A DNA stretch of 63,877 bases, the filler included, from Bigelowiella natans CCMP2755 (Eukaryota > Protista > Cercozoa): assembly GCA_000320545.1 (NCBI GenBank). It is 5 parts of 5 records of this genome, joined end to end, with 100 filler letters (N's around TTAATTAATTAA, not from the genome) between each part and the next. Parts side by side here need not be neighbours in the genome. Positions count along the whole stretch, not along the records: positions 32,506 to 61,490 come from ADNK01000001.1; 4 more parts are not named here. One strand, written 5' to 3'. A model generated the notes under the pieces. That model worked only from the letters and a program-made list of their open reading frames with translations, ran no database searches and was not told the origin of the DNA. Positions 38,297 to 53,770 of this stretch are shown one piece after another. The position numbers and the translations under genes were made by a program. Positions within the stretch are counted from its first letter, which is position 1; each line of letters starts with the position of its first letter.

Positions 38297-38493
38297 GCTA
38301 CTACCACCTGGTACCACCAAAAATCCGATAAATGGTCAAAATTAAAGCCGGTGAAAGTTCTTGCAAGTCTTGAAGGGTTAGATCCCACATCAGACGACAG
38401 CCTATATAGAGAGACGTACATAAATCATGGACTACGATGATGATGATGATAAATATGGATTGTTGTTGTGGATGATCATCGCAAAATCGTTGA

Positions 38494-38531
<38 letters not shown>

Positions 38532-38743
38532 CCATCATTATTCTAGTGTTTATTATCGCCTGTTTTACCATAGTTTCTCCCTTATATGCGGTATCACTAG
38601 TTTCGGTATTCTTTCAAAATCTTCATCATCTTCAAAGAATACGTAATGTGCTGATATATGAATTGGTGGAATACAAAAAGGAGAAGCGATTAGTACAAAC
38701 TAGCCATAATCATAGTCTTATCCTTTTATAATGTTGTTGCTTC

Positions 38744-38790
<47 letters not shown>

Positions 38791-40634
38791 ATCTTCCTCC
38801 TTCTCTTATGCACTACTACTAATACTACTACTACAAGTACCTGTCTGAAGAGTACGTGTCAATGGAGATATCATAATCAATTCAATCTCGTCCTAGGAAA
38901 AGGAAGAAGAAGAAACAGAAGAAGAAGAAACAGAAGAAGAAGAAGAAGAAGAAGAAGAAGAAGAAGAGATATCATGATAAATTCATGACTACCGTCAATA
39001 AACTAGAAGAAAAAAATATTGTAGGAGGTGTGGTGAGATCTCCTGCAATCACCAAAGACTGCAATTACTACCTTCATATTGCGGCGTTTGAATTCTGAAT
39101 TTAATCTCCTTGCTTGTGAAATTCCTTATTCCAACAAAACAAAGACAAAATAAAATTACTTCATATTAAAAATATAAGATGATAGAAAAGGGTCATGATC
39201 ATATTTCCTATTTTTCCATAAACCAATTATTTGGCCATATGATGATCACAGTTGCGAAATTATGATTGAGATATTAGCACGTAGTGATTGGATGAGTGAG
39301 AAAATCAAAGTAAGGATAGTTAGGTGATACCTGTTGCCGTTAAAACAGTATCATAATACCTATTGTGCGACGGTGGAAGAAGAATAGGAGAATATGATGT
39401 CACCCAGGAGCAGTGATTTTGTCGTATGTTGTAGAGATGATATGTTTATCACGATGGGGGAGGGATATGAATAGAATGCAATTGATGAATGAATCATATA
39501 CCCTGGATCTCTGAACCTAGTTGATATTGCAGCAATTCATGGTATTGTTATAATTAGTATGTGGGTGGTTGCGCTTGATCATATAAAATGATATGCATGA
39601 TAAATAAAAAGAAGAAGAAGGCAACAATTGAGCAGATAGGAAGATGCCGTTAACACTTTGGACTAAAGTCAGTCAAATGGATAGTAGAACGAGAGAACAT
39701 CGATATTAGGGGAAGGAGGCAATCATGGTTGACGACAAACGAATAAATACTGCAACGAGAGAGTGTCGATGTTTGGAATAGGAGGGAGGGAGGGAGGAGG
39801 AGGAGGAAGAGAGAAGAGGACAATCATGAAAAAAGATGAATCATTACTAACCCAGACGACCGATAGGGGTTCTTGGTAAGAAACTCATTCATCTATTACA
39901 AATTTGATGTGATGCCAGAAGATCTCATTCACTTGTTGTAAAATCGGTGAGTATAAATGCTGTTTGTATGATTTTCGTAATATAATCCAAATCCATGATG
40001 AATGTGAAGATATACACTATCTGATTATAATGTTGACACTGGATTTTAGATTGGAGGCTACTATTTGCGTATATTAAAATGTCTGTTGTAACGAGCTGAA
40101 TATTTAGTAATGACGACAACCATAACCTCTGTCTGTCCATGTCGGATAAATGTAACAAACTTATTTCCTGTGCGAAGTAGGCTCTCCCCTTTAGATTCTC
40201 CCTTCCTGCTTTGAGTGGTGGTAGTGGCAGTAGTTGCACATGCAGCGGTGTCTCTCTCTTTTCCTTGTTGCGTAGTTGTATAAGAAGTAGTAGTCCTGCT
40301 GCGTGAAAGATGTATAAATATCAGTTTTCATCACATGGTATGTATTCATTAATTGTGCGGCATACAAACTTGATTTACCTATCTCCTACCTGCTGTGAGT
40401 CATCCGTTTACTGCAACCGATTGATACAGATGGTGAAGGAAAGTTTAGAGGAAGAGAACAAGGGGAACGTACTATTCCAGTGGAGATATAATTAAAAAAT
40501 AGACGACGCATTGACGTTCTTTGTTCTGGTGCATATTGTCGGAGACAGGCAGCCAAGCCCACTGAGAGGACAAGTAGCACCGATACACTCCAACATCTGC
40601 TGCGATTCCAACCCACCACCTTGATCAGCTTCAT
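37782..40634 (-). CDS. Histidine phosphatase / phosphoglycerate mutase-like protein with N-terminal hydrophobic leader
   Basis: Exons give FVTFIRHGQTE (RHG), GFRDPGYYDTVLTATG, LIMISPLTRTLQT, RLSSDVGS and RPEKHIAVVAHWGVIYAMTGIDFRNCE. The start at 40634 is tentative. Confidence 0.85.
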
Positions 40635-41099
40635 GTGTGCCTTCTTGCGACTACTGTCGACTATTGTTTTTCAGATATTGATTGGTTTTTTAAGCTGCTT
40701 CTCTAGTTCCCTGCTTCTGCTGCTGCTGTCTCTGAAAGCAGTCACCCCCTGGCAGCTGGCACACCCGTGCTCAGAACACCATCATGTGTGAGAGATGGAT
40801 GATGCCGTTTAGTAGTCTTTGAACCAGATAAGGATAGACGCAAGTAGAAAATAGTCTTCATTATTTCGAAGTTTTGTTGTAAATTGAAAGCGACATGCAT
40901 TGTTTGGGAACGACATATAAATCGTGAGACATCTTGCCAAAATTGGGCCTTCTTGGTTCACCCGTTCTCTCTCTCTCTCTCTCTCCCTACATCCGGAAAA
41001 TATGATCAGTGCACGGAGCCCTCGATGACCACGGCTACAGAAAAGGAGGAAGCTACTATGACACAGACAGGAATCAAGAAGGAAAACAAAAGTAAATTG

Positions 41100-42853
41100 T
41101 TCAAGACGCATCCATTTCCCTTTATCACAATTCCATTCAATCTGCCGCAGATGACGGAGACGACGATTTTACCATTGACGGCCTTGCCCGGACTGAGACG
41201 ACTACGACGACGACCACGACTACAACGACGATGTTTGAATGGAGGCTGCGTTGTTGCTGTCGCTATCTATCTAACAACTCTTGTTAGCATCACCCTGTTG
41301 TTGCAGCTGCTACACGAGGAGGGCCTTAGTACTCTCATATTCCAATGGAAGCAAGGAGGTGCATTGCTGGCTGATGAAGCACTCACATTCGATATCGCGT
41401 ATAATAAGATATTGCTATATCGATGTTACTCACTCAGAATCGCCATCGTTCATTCACCATTTTGTTTGACGAACAATATTTATTTATGTACCACTACTAT
41501 GTGTCGTAGTAATATCATCATCATCATCGTCGTCGTCGTCATCATTATCTACAGCCATTATATTAGGACGGTCACCGTTGCTTCAACAACTCGCTCTACA
41601 AGAGGGTGTAGGCAACCATCAAAAGTACACACAAAGCAAAGCCGATGTCAACGATGACTCCATCGATTTATTCCTAAATCCGTACGCAAAGTGCAGGTAC
41701 TATCAATGATTGCTCAGAGATGCATTACGTTGATATATAAACTCCTCCTCTATGTGATTGGACTTAAAAATAATAATATCAGGAATAAAGAAGAGTTTGA
41801 CCGTGTCAGTCGGTTGAGAATCTACTCGTCACTTGCTAAGTATGAAGTATGATGATGATGATGATGATGATGACGATGATAATAATAACAATAATGCTTG
41901 CAGAATTATACTGGATGGCGAGGGTGAAGCATTTAAGGACCCCGTAATAGTAGTAGTAGTGATAGTAGTCGTAATAGTAGTAGTTACAGTAGTAGTTATA
42001 GTAGTGAAATATTGGAAATAGGCATTGCTGTTATTGTTGCTGGAGGAACACAAATATATTGTTTGGTGATGGATAAATCGTGTATTTGGTATCGTTGTTG
42101 CTGCTCATCTAAATAAAATCCATTAATCATGATGTTGTTATCTATCGTCCCATCAGAAGCGCTACCTGAAAGACTTGCCCTTTGAGCCGAACCTCAAAGA
42201 TGCAAACAGGTTCTCCGTATATCTTGCAAGAAAGAAGGTCCTAGTAGCCACCCATACACTATAATGCTCTGTGTCATTAATGATTGATATGGAATGTTTA
42301 ATGATGCTTCTAGATGCAAGGCATGATGGCAGTCGTTATCAACGGAACGGTGTGTCTTTCTTCTTCTTCTTCTTCTTCTTCTTCTTCTTCTTCTTCCTTC
42401 TCTTCTTCTTCCTTCTCTTCTTCCAATAATAATGCGTTACTTTGTTGTGTATTTCTACTTCAATTTTCGCTGTTTCTTTTGGCTCTAGCACATTCAAGAG
42501 ATAATTGTAGGAGTAGCAATACTAAGACGTGAGATCATCGCTCATCATTTAATGAAAGAATTGCTCAAAAAGACCGTCGTAGTAACCCTGTGCTTAAATT
42601 AATAATGGGCTTTAGGAAATATTCTCACCGTCGCACAATAAAATACGTTCCTTTTTGAAGAAGCAGCACCAGCAGGAGCATCATCATCATCAAAAACAAA
42701 AAGAATACTATGAGGAACAATCCCTCCCTCAGGGAGGAGGAGGAGGAGGAGGAGGAGGAAGAAAGGATGATGCGAAGGAGAGAGGGATTATTGCAGGTCA
42801 TCTTATGTTTCTCCTCCTCCTCCTTTTTTCTCTCCATCATCATCCTCACCACT

Positions 42854-42886
<33 letters not shown>

Positions 42887-43240
42887 GTTTTCCCCACCAC
42901 TCTCTCACGAATGACATTCGACTAGGTATTGAAGGGGTTGATGGTTTATACCTAAGAACAAGTAACATCTTCGCCAAAAGGACGGTTTATATTTGCGCCA
43001 AAAAGCCAAAGTTTGTGTGTGTGTATATGTGATTGATTGTTATACTGCTGATGGTTTAAACAATAGATGATGATAAGTATGACACATCATCGCCACAACT
43101 TGTTATTTCACAAGATATAATTGTTATCATATCAACCAAATTATTACTTTTCCGTTCGATCATTCATATTTATACAAATTATTACTTTTCTTTCGATCAT
43201 TCATATTCATACAACAATGGTCTTATAATATAGCAGGACG

Positions 43241-43276
<36 letters not shown>

Positions 43277-43403
43277 ATATTGTTAATGTATGATATGTGA
43301 AATCTCCTATATGCTTTTTATTCAGTCGCAAGTTAATGTTTCACCCAAAGCTGGGAGGGTGGTGTGTTATAGATAACTTAAGCAAGCCCACTGAGGTAGT
43401 ATG

Positions 43404-43443
<40 letters not shown>

Positions 43444-44238
43444 TAAACAACGCTAATGATGATGATGATGATGACAATGACAGAGATCATTCACAGCGAA
43501 TTAAGTTGATTTTGACTCGTAACTACTTTTTGTTGGTATCTATATGTTATTTTTTTGTTATGGTGATGTGTGCAGAAATTGAGGGCAATCGCTGCTTGTA
43601 AGGCCAATCATGCTTCTGAAATAAACGTGGCCTTTTGCCTTGTAACGACGACAAAACGGAGAACAGCAGTAGCAGCAGCAGCAGCAGCAGCAGAAAAAAT
43701 GTGTGATGGTGATGATGAGATCGATCAGCACCGAGACGATGATGACGATGATGACGATGATGACGATGATGACGACCCTAATGATAAGGAGAAGATCATC
43801 GTTGAGGTATTTTTGAGCTTTAACTTGACAAATAATCTCTGTTTTTTCATGTTTGTATAATTTATAAATAAGATTTGGATAAAGAAGAGCAACAAATTTG
43901 TTATTGTTTCTCCTACTACTAATTAGTGCCAAGATTCAAGAGTATATTGTGCGGTCAATGAAGCATCACCGTTTGGAATGGAAGAGAAAAGTAGAAAAAA
44001 AGAGAGAAATAACTCAAAAAAGGGCGTGAAGCTACACATACAACAAAGCAGTTGTTTCCGAAGCATTTCTTATTTTATTCAAATATATGCTAAAATATTT
44101 TTGCTACAGGATCATCATCTGCTGCGACAAATGCAACTACTACAACTACTACTGCTTCCTCTTCTCACATTAACTACTATCATCCGTGCGACTTACTTGT
44201 AACAGGTTGGTAGTGAGTGTTAGTGTTAGTGCTAGTGC

Positions 44239-44270
<32 letters not shown>

Positions 44271-47200
44271 GTTATCGGTTGTGGTGTTAGGCTGTTTTGC
44301 ATTCAACCTTACACATAATACGCATAGAAGAGGGGCACTGATACATATACTATTTATCCCCAGCATATAATAAGCATCATCGTGGTTCTTCCTACTTTTC
44401 ATCATCATCATCATCATCACCATCATCATTTTACTACTACTTTTCCATAGGGAGTATTGGGGCAGCTTCTGCTAGAGGAGGCATCTACCATTATGCTGGA
44501 GAGGATAATATGAAACCCTTTTACATACTATTACCAACAGAAGTAGGGAGGAGGAGGAGGAGGAAAGGTATGTTTTGCTGTGGAAGGGGTAGGAAGAACT
44601 GTTTATTGGATACATATTCACGTCTTTGAACAAGAGCGAGCACACATCAACACTACAACATTATTTTATAGAACCCAGAACTCCTTCTTCTTCTTCTTCT
44701 TGTACAAATTGCTAATTACTCAATTGATGCTTCAATACACACATGTATTACAACAGAAAAGGAGATGATAATGACGAAGAAGGAGAACATGCCGACAATA
44801 CTGAGCTACTGCTGTCTTGCACGTAGGAATGATAACCCACCCATAATGATGCATTTGAAGATCATAATAATAATAATAATAATAATAAAGAATGAATAAA
44901 TTGTAAAAGTAGTAGTTATGGTAGCATTTTACAACTCCTCATATCTGTTGTGATGATTATTGACAACTACTCACTGCTGAATATGTACAATAGGAACGAT
45001 GCTCGACGATGAAAATAATAATTATAATAATGGTGCGTATTATGCCTTACACGACTCCTCCGACAATTTACTTCAAATACAGGGCTGTACCTCCTCCCCC
45101 TCCTTTTTCTCCCTGAGCAGTAGGAAGAAGAAACCTTGCAATAAAGATGATGACGATGATGATGACGACGATGACGGCAATAAGCTTTCTTGTTCTTCTT
45201 CTTGCTCTTCCCATCCGCTCTTGAATAATCACAACATCGTCGCTCGCACATACAATACCATCCCCTTGGTTGCCGACTGGGAGGTAAATGATGACTATGG
45301 AATCAAAAGAAAAGAACAACAACAAGAAGAAGCGGCAGAAGCACAGTTCAGGCATGAGCCGGATTTGGGGATATACTCCTTAACACATTGGTACTGATAA
45401 TGATGATGATGATGGTGAGAATTGAAATATGAATATTGATGTATTAGTTTTTGAGATCCCACATCAATGTGACGGCATATCATCGTAAGTGTTAGTTCTT
45501 GGATATGATCAAACATCAAATTGTAATAATAATAAAAATAATAATAATGGCACCACCCTTTCAGATATTATGCATCTATAATGAAATAAATAAATGTAAG
45601 AAATAAGAATAAGTGCTGCTCTATCTCTCTTCAAACCATCATACACATAGTTGGGATGTACCTGGAAGCGTGCGTATTAGTGGGAGACTTGGACATAATA
45701 GGAGGGTAAAGCAGGAGTAGTAGTAGTAGTAGTAAATAGAGAATGAGAGCGAAGAAAGATATTATGGAAATAGCAGTAGTAGAAGAAAAAGTAAACAACA
45801 CAGTGTGATAGATCATTATTCACGACGGAAGAAAGCATGAGAGTCATTCCATGAGCTACCCGTCCTTAATCTCATCTAAAATTGTTGTGTATTATTATGT
45901 TTTGGTAGATTAATGACATTTACGTCAAAGAGTCAAATGGTATCTACAAAGGAGTAAAGAGGTGTGTTGTTGTTTACTCTGACAACTGCTGCTGCTGCTG
46001 CTTTCATTTCATCATGTTTTTAGTTCAAAAATTAAATGATGGATCACAAACAATATTACTAACTTTTATTGTAGTACGATATATATCTTCTCATCTATCA
46101 CATTATGATCAACATTGTTGTTGACTGCTTATCTTTGTTGTAATAATAATATTTGATGGTTAGTGAGTTATTCCTAATATGGTGTCAAGAGCTAGAAGAA
46201 TGGCAAATTGTAAGTATTTTATCATCATGTGGAAGAATGGCTGCTACAGCTACAAGGTTGCTTATTACACTGAGGAAGAAGAAGAAGAAAGAGAAAAAGA
46301 AAAAGAAGAACAAAACATGACGTACGAATCAACTTATTATCATGATGAAGACAATCAACAACGGTAACAACAACAAGATATTGTTGTACATATCACTGGA
46401 AATTACAGGTGCTGCATTGATCATCCATGCTGCTACTACTACTACTACTACAATTCTGAGAGCTACTACTACTACTACAGAGAAGGCAAAACGAGGAGGA
46501 GGAAAAGGAATAAAGATGATAAATTCGAGAATCAGTCTGCTGCTGCTGCTGCTGCTTGTGTGCATCGGCTAAATAATAATAATAATGATAATAATCACAG
46601 TAATGTTGATAACAAAACAGTCGTGATTCTAGCCAAAATGGCGACGATAAAAAATATGAAAAAACCAACAGCAGGAAGAGCAGCAGCAGCAAGGGGGGGG
46701 GGGGAGGGAGGACCTGAAAGTATTCTCAGTTGTGGTAAATGATAAGATTAGGAATTAGTGTCAACAATAACAAGGACAGATAGCGGATGTTGTGTTCTTC
46801 TATATATAATGTGTAAAATAGCTATTATTATTCTTCCTATAAATCGTACTCTGATGATTCATGGTTGCAATCCGCGTATGTTGTATGTTGTATACTGTAT
46901 GCTGTATGCTGGTGCTGTTTGAGACAATTGTTGATTTAATGCATTAGTTAAGAGTAGTCTTCTCCTTCGAGGCCAACAATAAACTTTTATATCAAGCTCA
47001 ATACCTAAATTTGGTATTATTAAGACACTAATATATTTTGAATAATGTTGTCTTCAGGGCGTTGGCAAGTAAAAGATACTACTAATTTCGATGATGATCT
47101 CTTCTTCCATCATGATGATTGTGTCGCTACAAGGGTAGTAGAGTAGCCTCAATCTCATTATCATCATCATCATTATTATCATCATACCCATTCACTCGTA

Positions 47201-47384
47201 GCAGTAGTAGCATACGATGAATGTTAGCATAGTTGATTTTCCATGTTATAGTTAAATATTGACCACAAAAACATCATCATCTCATAGGTAGGGAATCATA
47301 TTGCTGCATTTGATGGTAAAAGGAGGGCATTCAACCCGTAAGTAGTAAATGTAGATGATGATATTAATGGAAAATAAGGGACTA

Positions 47385-47417
<33 letters not shown>

Positions 47418-47720
47418 TTCGATCTATCATTCATTCATTCCATCAAGTGTTGTCAATATTATATATACAATTCTCACAATACATCCAATATCCTTATCAC
47501 CATCCTCACAGTACTCGGCCTATTGAGTAGTAGCGTCATAATCACCATCATACTATTTGCTTCTCCTCCTCCTCCCCCCCCACGTAGTACGCTGTTCCCA
47601 AGAAATAACGACGACGATGACGACGATGTGGAATCTCATCTTCATCACATGGCATATAATGTAGGAGGCTAGAAGTAATGAAGAAGAAGATGATGATGAA
47701 GAATATGATGATAATGAGTT

Positions 47721-47751
<31 letters not shown>

Positions 47752-48000
47752 CACATAAGAGCACAATAACAAAATAAGATGTTTATAAAAAGAGCTGGAT
47801 ATATAAAGCAATTTCAAATGTGAAGAGGCAGCAGCACCAGCAGCAGCTATGTTCTAAAGGTTAAGAAGAAAGAGAAAAAGAAGAAGAAGAAGACAGATAT
47901 CCTATGAAACAAATAATGGCAAACAATCCTCCTAATAATATCCTCCCTCCTCTTCTTCTCCTTCCGTGTAGCGCTCATACTCACTTTGCTGCTTCCCATC

Positions 48001-48049
<49 letters not shown>

Positions 48050-49070
48050 CATGATCTTCCATGCTAATCGTTGTCGTATTGCAGATAATAAAAGGTCTAA
48101 TCATAAAGAGATTTGAGTGTAAATTGATTCAATTTGTCATCATCACTTTAGTTTAATTTAATGCTGCAATTGTAAGTTGATGATTTTCCACACTATAACT
48201 GTCCTTCGTTACTAGCACCGAATTCTATGCAATCTTTGGCCAAATTTCATCGTCAATTGTCACAGCAAGTAGAGACGATAAAGAAGGAGAAAAACCACAC
48301 ACTAGCTATCAATTTTGGTACTATTGATGAATAAAATACATGTTGTCGTAACCTCTGTGTATCATGCGTTTATTTATATCATAGCTACTACTTACTCTGC
48401 TGATGACTACAACTACTACTACTTCTCCTTCTTTTACATGAAAATGATAAATGATAGTTTCAAAGACTGTCAATCCTAATATGCAAAAAGAGACTAATAT
48501 GTATCAATATATGTCACATCATAGGTCGTCGCAGTGGTGTTCTTAGCGACACCTTCAAAGTATCAAGACTCTTAGGGTTAGTCAGCAGTAGCAGTAGCAG
48601 TAAGACTAATAATCTCAATGAGGAGGCCAATCATCGATGAATGATGATTCTTGATTGATTGTAATATATTGTAGTTGTGGAAGTGATGGCTCTTCGCTTC
48701 TTTTCCTTTTAGAAGATGATCAATATCGAGATATTATTCAGGTGCTCGTAAATGCAGCATCACCATTGCACGGCAATTATTGTTAGAGTGAGAGACAGGA
48801 AGAGGGGGGGAGGGGGGGGGGAATAGCAATACGAGGGATAGATGAATGCAACAATTTACTGGTGTGCGTTTGCTAGCACAGGCACCATTGATAATAGAGG
48901 TTGCTGTTAAATGAGATAGATGTTTAGATAATACTAATCTCAAGCCAATGACGACGACGATGATGATGATGTTTACCAATGTAGTTAGTTGTGGTTACTA
49001 TCGTTCAATCGTTATTTCTCTCAGATTGCTTGTAGGGTGTTTATCTCTTACCCATTGACCCTGGAAGGGT

Positions 49071-49110
<40 letters not shown>

Positions 49111-49290
49111 TCAAATAGAGATCATGATGATGATCATGATGATGATAGCAATAATCTGAAATCGATATTATATGTAGCTATCATAAAAAAGAGAAACCAC
49201 ACACAAAAAGCACACACACATCGATATTACATGTAGCTATCACAAAGAAGAGAAACCACATAAAGCACACACACACACACACACACACAA

Positions 49291-49328
<38 letters not shown>

Positions 49329-49616
49329 TCTCATTCTTCTCGATTGAGAGACTCTCCTTTCTTCTTTCTTTCCATCATATGAATTATATCATTGTACCGA
49401 GAACGTATGCAATCAATTCTTCCTATTCCTTTTTCTTTCTTCTTCTTCTTCTTCTTCTTCTTCTTCTTTTTCTCTTTCTTCGTTATCTCCTGCTTCTTCT
49501 TCTGTTATTACTCTAAATACAGATATCATAAAGCTGTAGAGCAAAGAGATCATATTAACGCTATCAGACAAAAGTAACTACTGTTACTTAACAACACCAC
49601 CTAATTATTTGTGGCC

Positions 49617-49658
<42 letters not shown>

Positions 49659-50256
49659 TTATATATATATTATACCTTTTGCGTGCGTGTGTGTGTGTGT
49701 AACATTATTATTAATTTTCACTGTACTACTGATATGTCGTAGGATATTAGACGATGTTAAAGAGGAGTTTGGGTTGTTGTTACCACCACCATCAGAAGAA
49801 CAACAGATTCTATCTCATATGCAAGTAGGGGTTGAAGTAGTAGCAGCAGCAGTAGTGTAGAAATAGTAGTAGTTGTAATTGTTGTCTCGAATAGCAGCAT
49901 CAAAAAAGAATAGCGACAAAGAAAACACTGAGAAAATAACCAAATCCTTCTCAATCATCATCATTATCATCATCATTATCATTATGTTCGTTATCAATAC
50001 TATCATCGTAATCATTTGTCAGCGGCAGCAGCAGCAGCAATCCCTCCTATCATCTTTAACAGTAACTAACTACTACCGGTGAAAATGATGATAATGACTT
50101 CCAGGACGACGACGATGACACAGCGAATTGATTGATATAACAAATGATAATAGCATACGGGGGCAGAGGTATTCTAGTAATCGAGCTGGTAGTTTAGTTT
50201 GTTGTATTAGCATAGGTGATGATTGATACATATTTATATTTACATATGTGTATAAA

Positions 50257-50296
<40 letters not shown>

Positions 50297-52050
50297 GGAG
50301 GAGGAATCTTGTATTGTTCTTTATTGTTAGTGACACCTGCTATTTATATTGTCATCGATGTCTTTATTGTTAGTGACACCTGCTATTTATATTGTCATCG
50401 ATGTCTTTATTGTTAGTGACACCTGCTATTTATATTGTCATCGATGTCGTCATCATTACTTCTTATAATCATCCATGAATATTGTGTATGTGTTTTATAG
50501 GCCACAGTATTACTACATTGACGGTTGGCCTTGTTTGTTTGAATCGGTATTTGCTATTGTTACGCACTTAGCACTGTTATCATCATCATCACCATCATCA
50601 TCATCATTATTCACTAGGAGATTTCATCTTATTTTTATTCTTCTTTCCAGGTTATAAAGACTCGATCACTTTTGGATATTATTACGCATCTGGCAAAAGT
50701 AGTTATTCTAATAGCAATTCTGTTTCTTTATCATCTTAATATTTTCGCGCCGTAGCAAATAACCTATCATCGATAGTCTTAATTTAAAGAGGATATTGCA
50801 CAAATTGTACCATATTTGCACATACATAATATGTATGTGTGTACACGCGTGCGTGCGTTCGTGTTTCTGATATTCGAACCTGTTAGATTAGTACTTCAAT
50901 ACGCCGCCACCACCACCACCAGATTAACATAAAATGATCACTTTTACCAGCTTTTAGAGTCTAATCGTCATGTTTGCTAGGACATAGATAAAACCTGTCA
51001 CTTTGTTGGTATTCATCCTCGTCGTCATCATAGTAATCGTTACGAGTACTATCTTTATTCATTTGTATTGCAGTGTGGAAGATAGATTTCACTTTAAATC
51101 ATGATCACCACCATCATCATGATCAGATTTGGAAAAATTACGAAGAAGATCAACCTCAAACAGCAAGAACAACGTGGAAAGAGGTTGAGGGCGGATCTTC
51201 ACCACAAAATACCCAAAAGAATAGCTGCAACAGCCTCGATCAGCATGAGGAAAAAGCTTCCAATGTCCATTATATTTGTGATGGTTTTGAAACAATACGC
51301 AATTGTATTGTTCGGGTGGGAAAAGGCCTCAGTGGTACTTTATAAAATATATCATACATTTCCATTCATTATCAAGATAAATTCTAAATCTATGCAGCAA
51401 AATATTCGACTACTCCTCATATATATTGAAACTGGTTCTTTTTGGATGTTAGTTGGCTCTAAGTATGGACTTCGTTTAAGAAGTAGTAGTAGTAGCTGCA
51501 TTCTCCACCACAAGGATAATAATCAGCTAAAAGAGTACTATGATGAGCAAGAAAAAGAGAAGAAATACTGCTGCAAAGAACACAGCATCACCTCCTGTGA
51601 TGTGTTGCTACCTGGGGTTGTTACTACACATTGTAAAGGAGTGAGAAAAGAAGAAGAAAAAGAAGAAGAAGAAGCAGAAGAAGAGAGAAAAAGGGAGGAG
51701 AGAGCTTAAACATTGATGATAGCTGAAGCAGCCGTTTAATGAAACAAGTTGTTTTGCCAAGTGATATTATCGTTATCATTCCTGAGCTGCTAACTATTTT
51801 CGTCATCTTACATTAATCTGTGTATGTATTGTTTGGATGTGATAGGTTATTCCAGATATGTCTTGTTTTGAAATAAAAACAAGTGACGGCAATAACAACG
51901 GAAGATCCGCAGCTTTGACCTCTACTGGCTCTGCTACTAATGACGACGACGCTCAATTTCCATCCTCCCTACTTCTTGAGATTCATTCTCTGTTAAATCG
52001 ATGTATCACCTCAGCTATGGTATCTAATACGGAATATTCAGTTATAATAA
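41100..52050 (+). CDS. Large multi-exon gene of unknown function with low-complexity (D/N/Q/S/E) tracts; boundaries approximate
   Basis: Many AG/GT-bounded open exons on + (e.g. KADVNDDSIDLFLNPYAKC ~41635-41695, KRYLKDLPFEPNLKDANRF ~42157, RKLMFHPKLGGWCVIDNLSKPTE ~43326-43395, GSIGAASARGGIYHYAGEDNMKPFYILL ~44450). No family recognised; may be more than one gene. Confidence 0.4.
50318..50448. repeat. Three identical tandem copies of a 43-bp unit
   Basis: TCTTTATTGTTAGTGACACCTGCTATTTATATTGTCATCGATG x3, with no spacers. Confidence 0.9.
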
Positions 52051-53104
52051 TGTAGATGACTTTCGAGTATAATGTAATGATGATGATAATGATAATGATG
52101 ACATTATGACGGTGCTCTAAACACATCATGCTTAAAATTCTGAGTGATAGTCGTCCACCAATATAGTAATATTCTATAATCATCATCTTTTTAGGAATAT
52201 CGACAGTTCACAAGATTGAAGCCGACTCTGGTTAAGTTCCGCAATCTTTTCGCAAAACACAAAGAAAACAGATACTTATCTTGTAGTGAAGTCGTAAATA
52301 CATTATCTAATAGCTAGGAGCTTTTAAAGATGCAGTTAAATGTAGCTATGTAGATGCTAACTGCTAACATTCTTGCGTTATCCACGTCGCATTCATTTGC
52401 ATGAGCACTGAATAACAAAAAATAGCAGACAAAACAGCATTGCATATGTATTATTAATTGACCTACGGATAAGGGATACCCCTCACAAAGCACCGGGTGC
52501 AATCGAGACACATCACACTAATCGCACAGCTTCACTGGACATGTAGTTTGGAGGCTCTCGTTGTGCAGAATCTAAATTGAAACATGCGACGCATGAATGA
52601 TGCGCACACAACATGCAGCACTTCTTGTTCAACAACGCTACGCTGATCTAAAAATGCAGTGATCCCCGAACAACAAGCACCAAGCTTAGACGAGACGTGC
52701 GTAGCTAAGCTCTCTGGCGATGTTGCATGACAGCTGTAGCTATGAAAATCTTTGCACTGCGCGTGCTCATTACATGTATGTACCCGCACCACATGCGCTA
52801 AAAACGTAGCATCATGGTGTGCGACCCGCTTGTTGTGCTTATTCGCGTTGTGTGTTCCGTGTCATGCTAGCATGTTCCAGTGGTTTAACTTTCCATGAAA
52901 TCTAGTCTCTGAATATTTTCAATTTGATCTATTGCCTTGCACTACCACAGTTGATTGTTCATGAAAAACCACAACAACATTGCACTACCACTATACGCAA
53001 AATTTGCCGATTTTGAAGCCGAAGCTGCCTGCCCCACACATGGACGTTGGATGTACATATCTATCGACTAATTATAGTCGTCATTCAGGCCCCAATCATC
53101 ATCT

Positions 53105-53491
53105 TTAATCGAGGTACATAAGTGTTACGAGTTTATCCTTCCTGCAAATAGTATTGAGTTTTTTCATGTTCCAGCAGCGTGCAGCGGAGTGCGATTTTTG
53201 TGAAAGTTTTGTTTGTAAAGGTACATTTTAGTCGAAATAATATGGTAAATTTTATGTATTTTATGTAAATTCTTAATGATGATGATAACGATGATGAAGA
53301 TGACAATGAGGATAGCAATAATGGAAAATACACGTTCTCTTCTCTCTAAATCCACAACACTTGAAGATGATAAACCTACAAAAGAAAACATAAATTGGTA
53401 CCTTCTCGCTTCGGCCGCACAATCTAGAACAGTCCATGAATCGTGGTACCTGAATAACGGTAGTGTATGTATGTCTAAGAATAATGAAGAA

Positions 53492-53524
<33 letters not shown>

Positions 53525-53733
53525 AGGGGAGAGAATAAATTAGCAAAACTTACCAATTATGATTCAATGAATACAATATGAAACAACAACATGAAACACC
53601 TCATAACGACAAGTGTTATTGTTTGTTTATGCAGCAGAAGAAGTATTAATTTTTACGCGAAAACAATTAGCTCCGATGCCCCTTCTATGAGCTTGGTGTT
53701 GCATAAACGGGAGGCTTTGTCCTGCAGCAGTAA

Positions 53734-53770
<37 letters not shown>

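Noticed and set aside
50318-50448. CRISPR-like array
   Set aside because: Repeats are contiguous with no unique spacers, there are no cas genes, and the context is eukaryotic.
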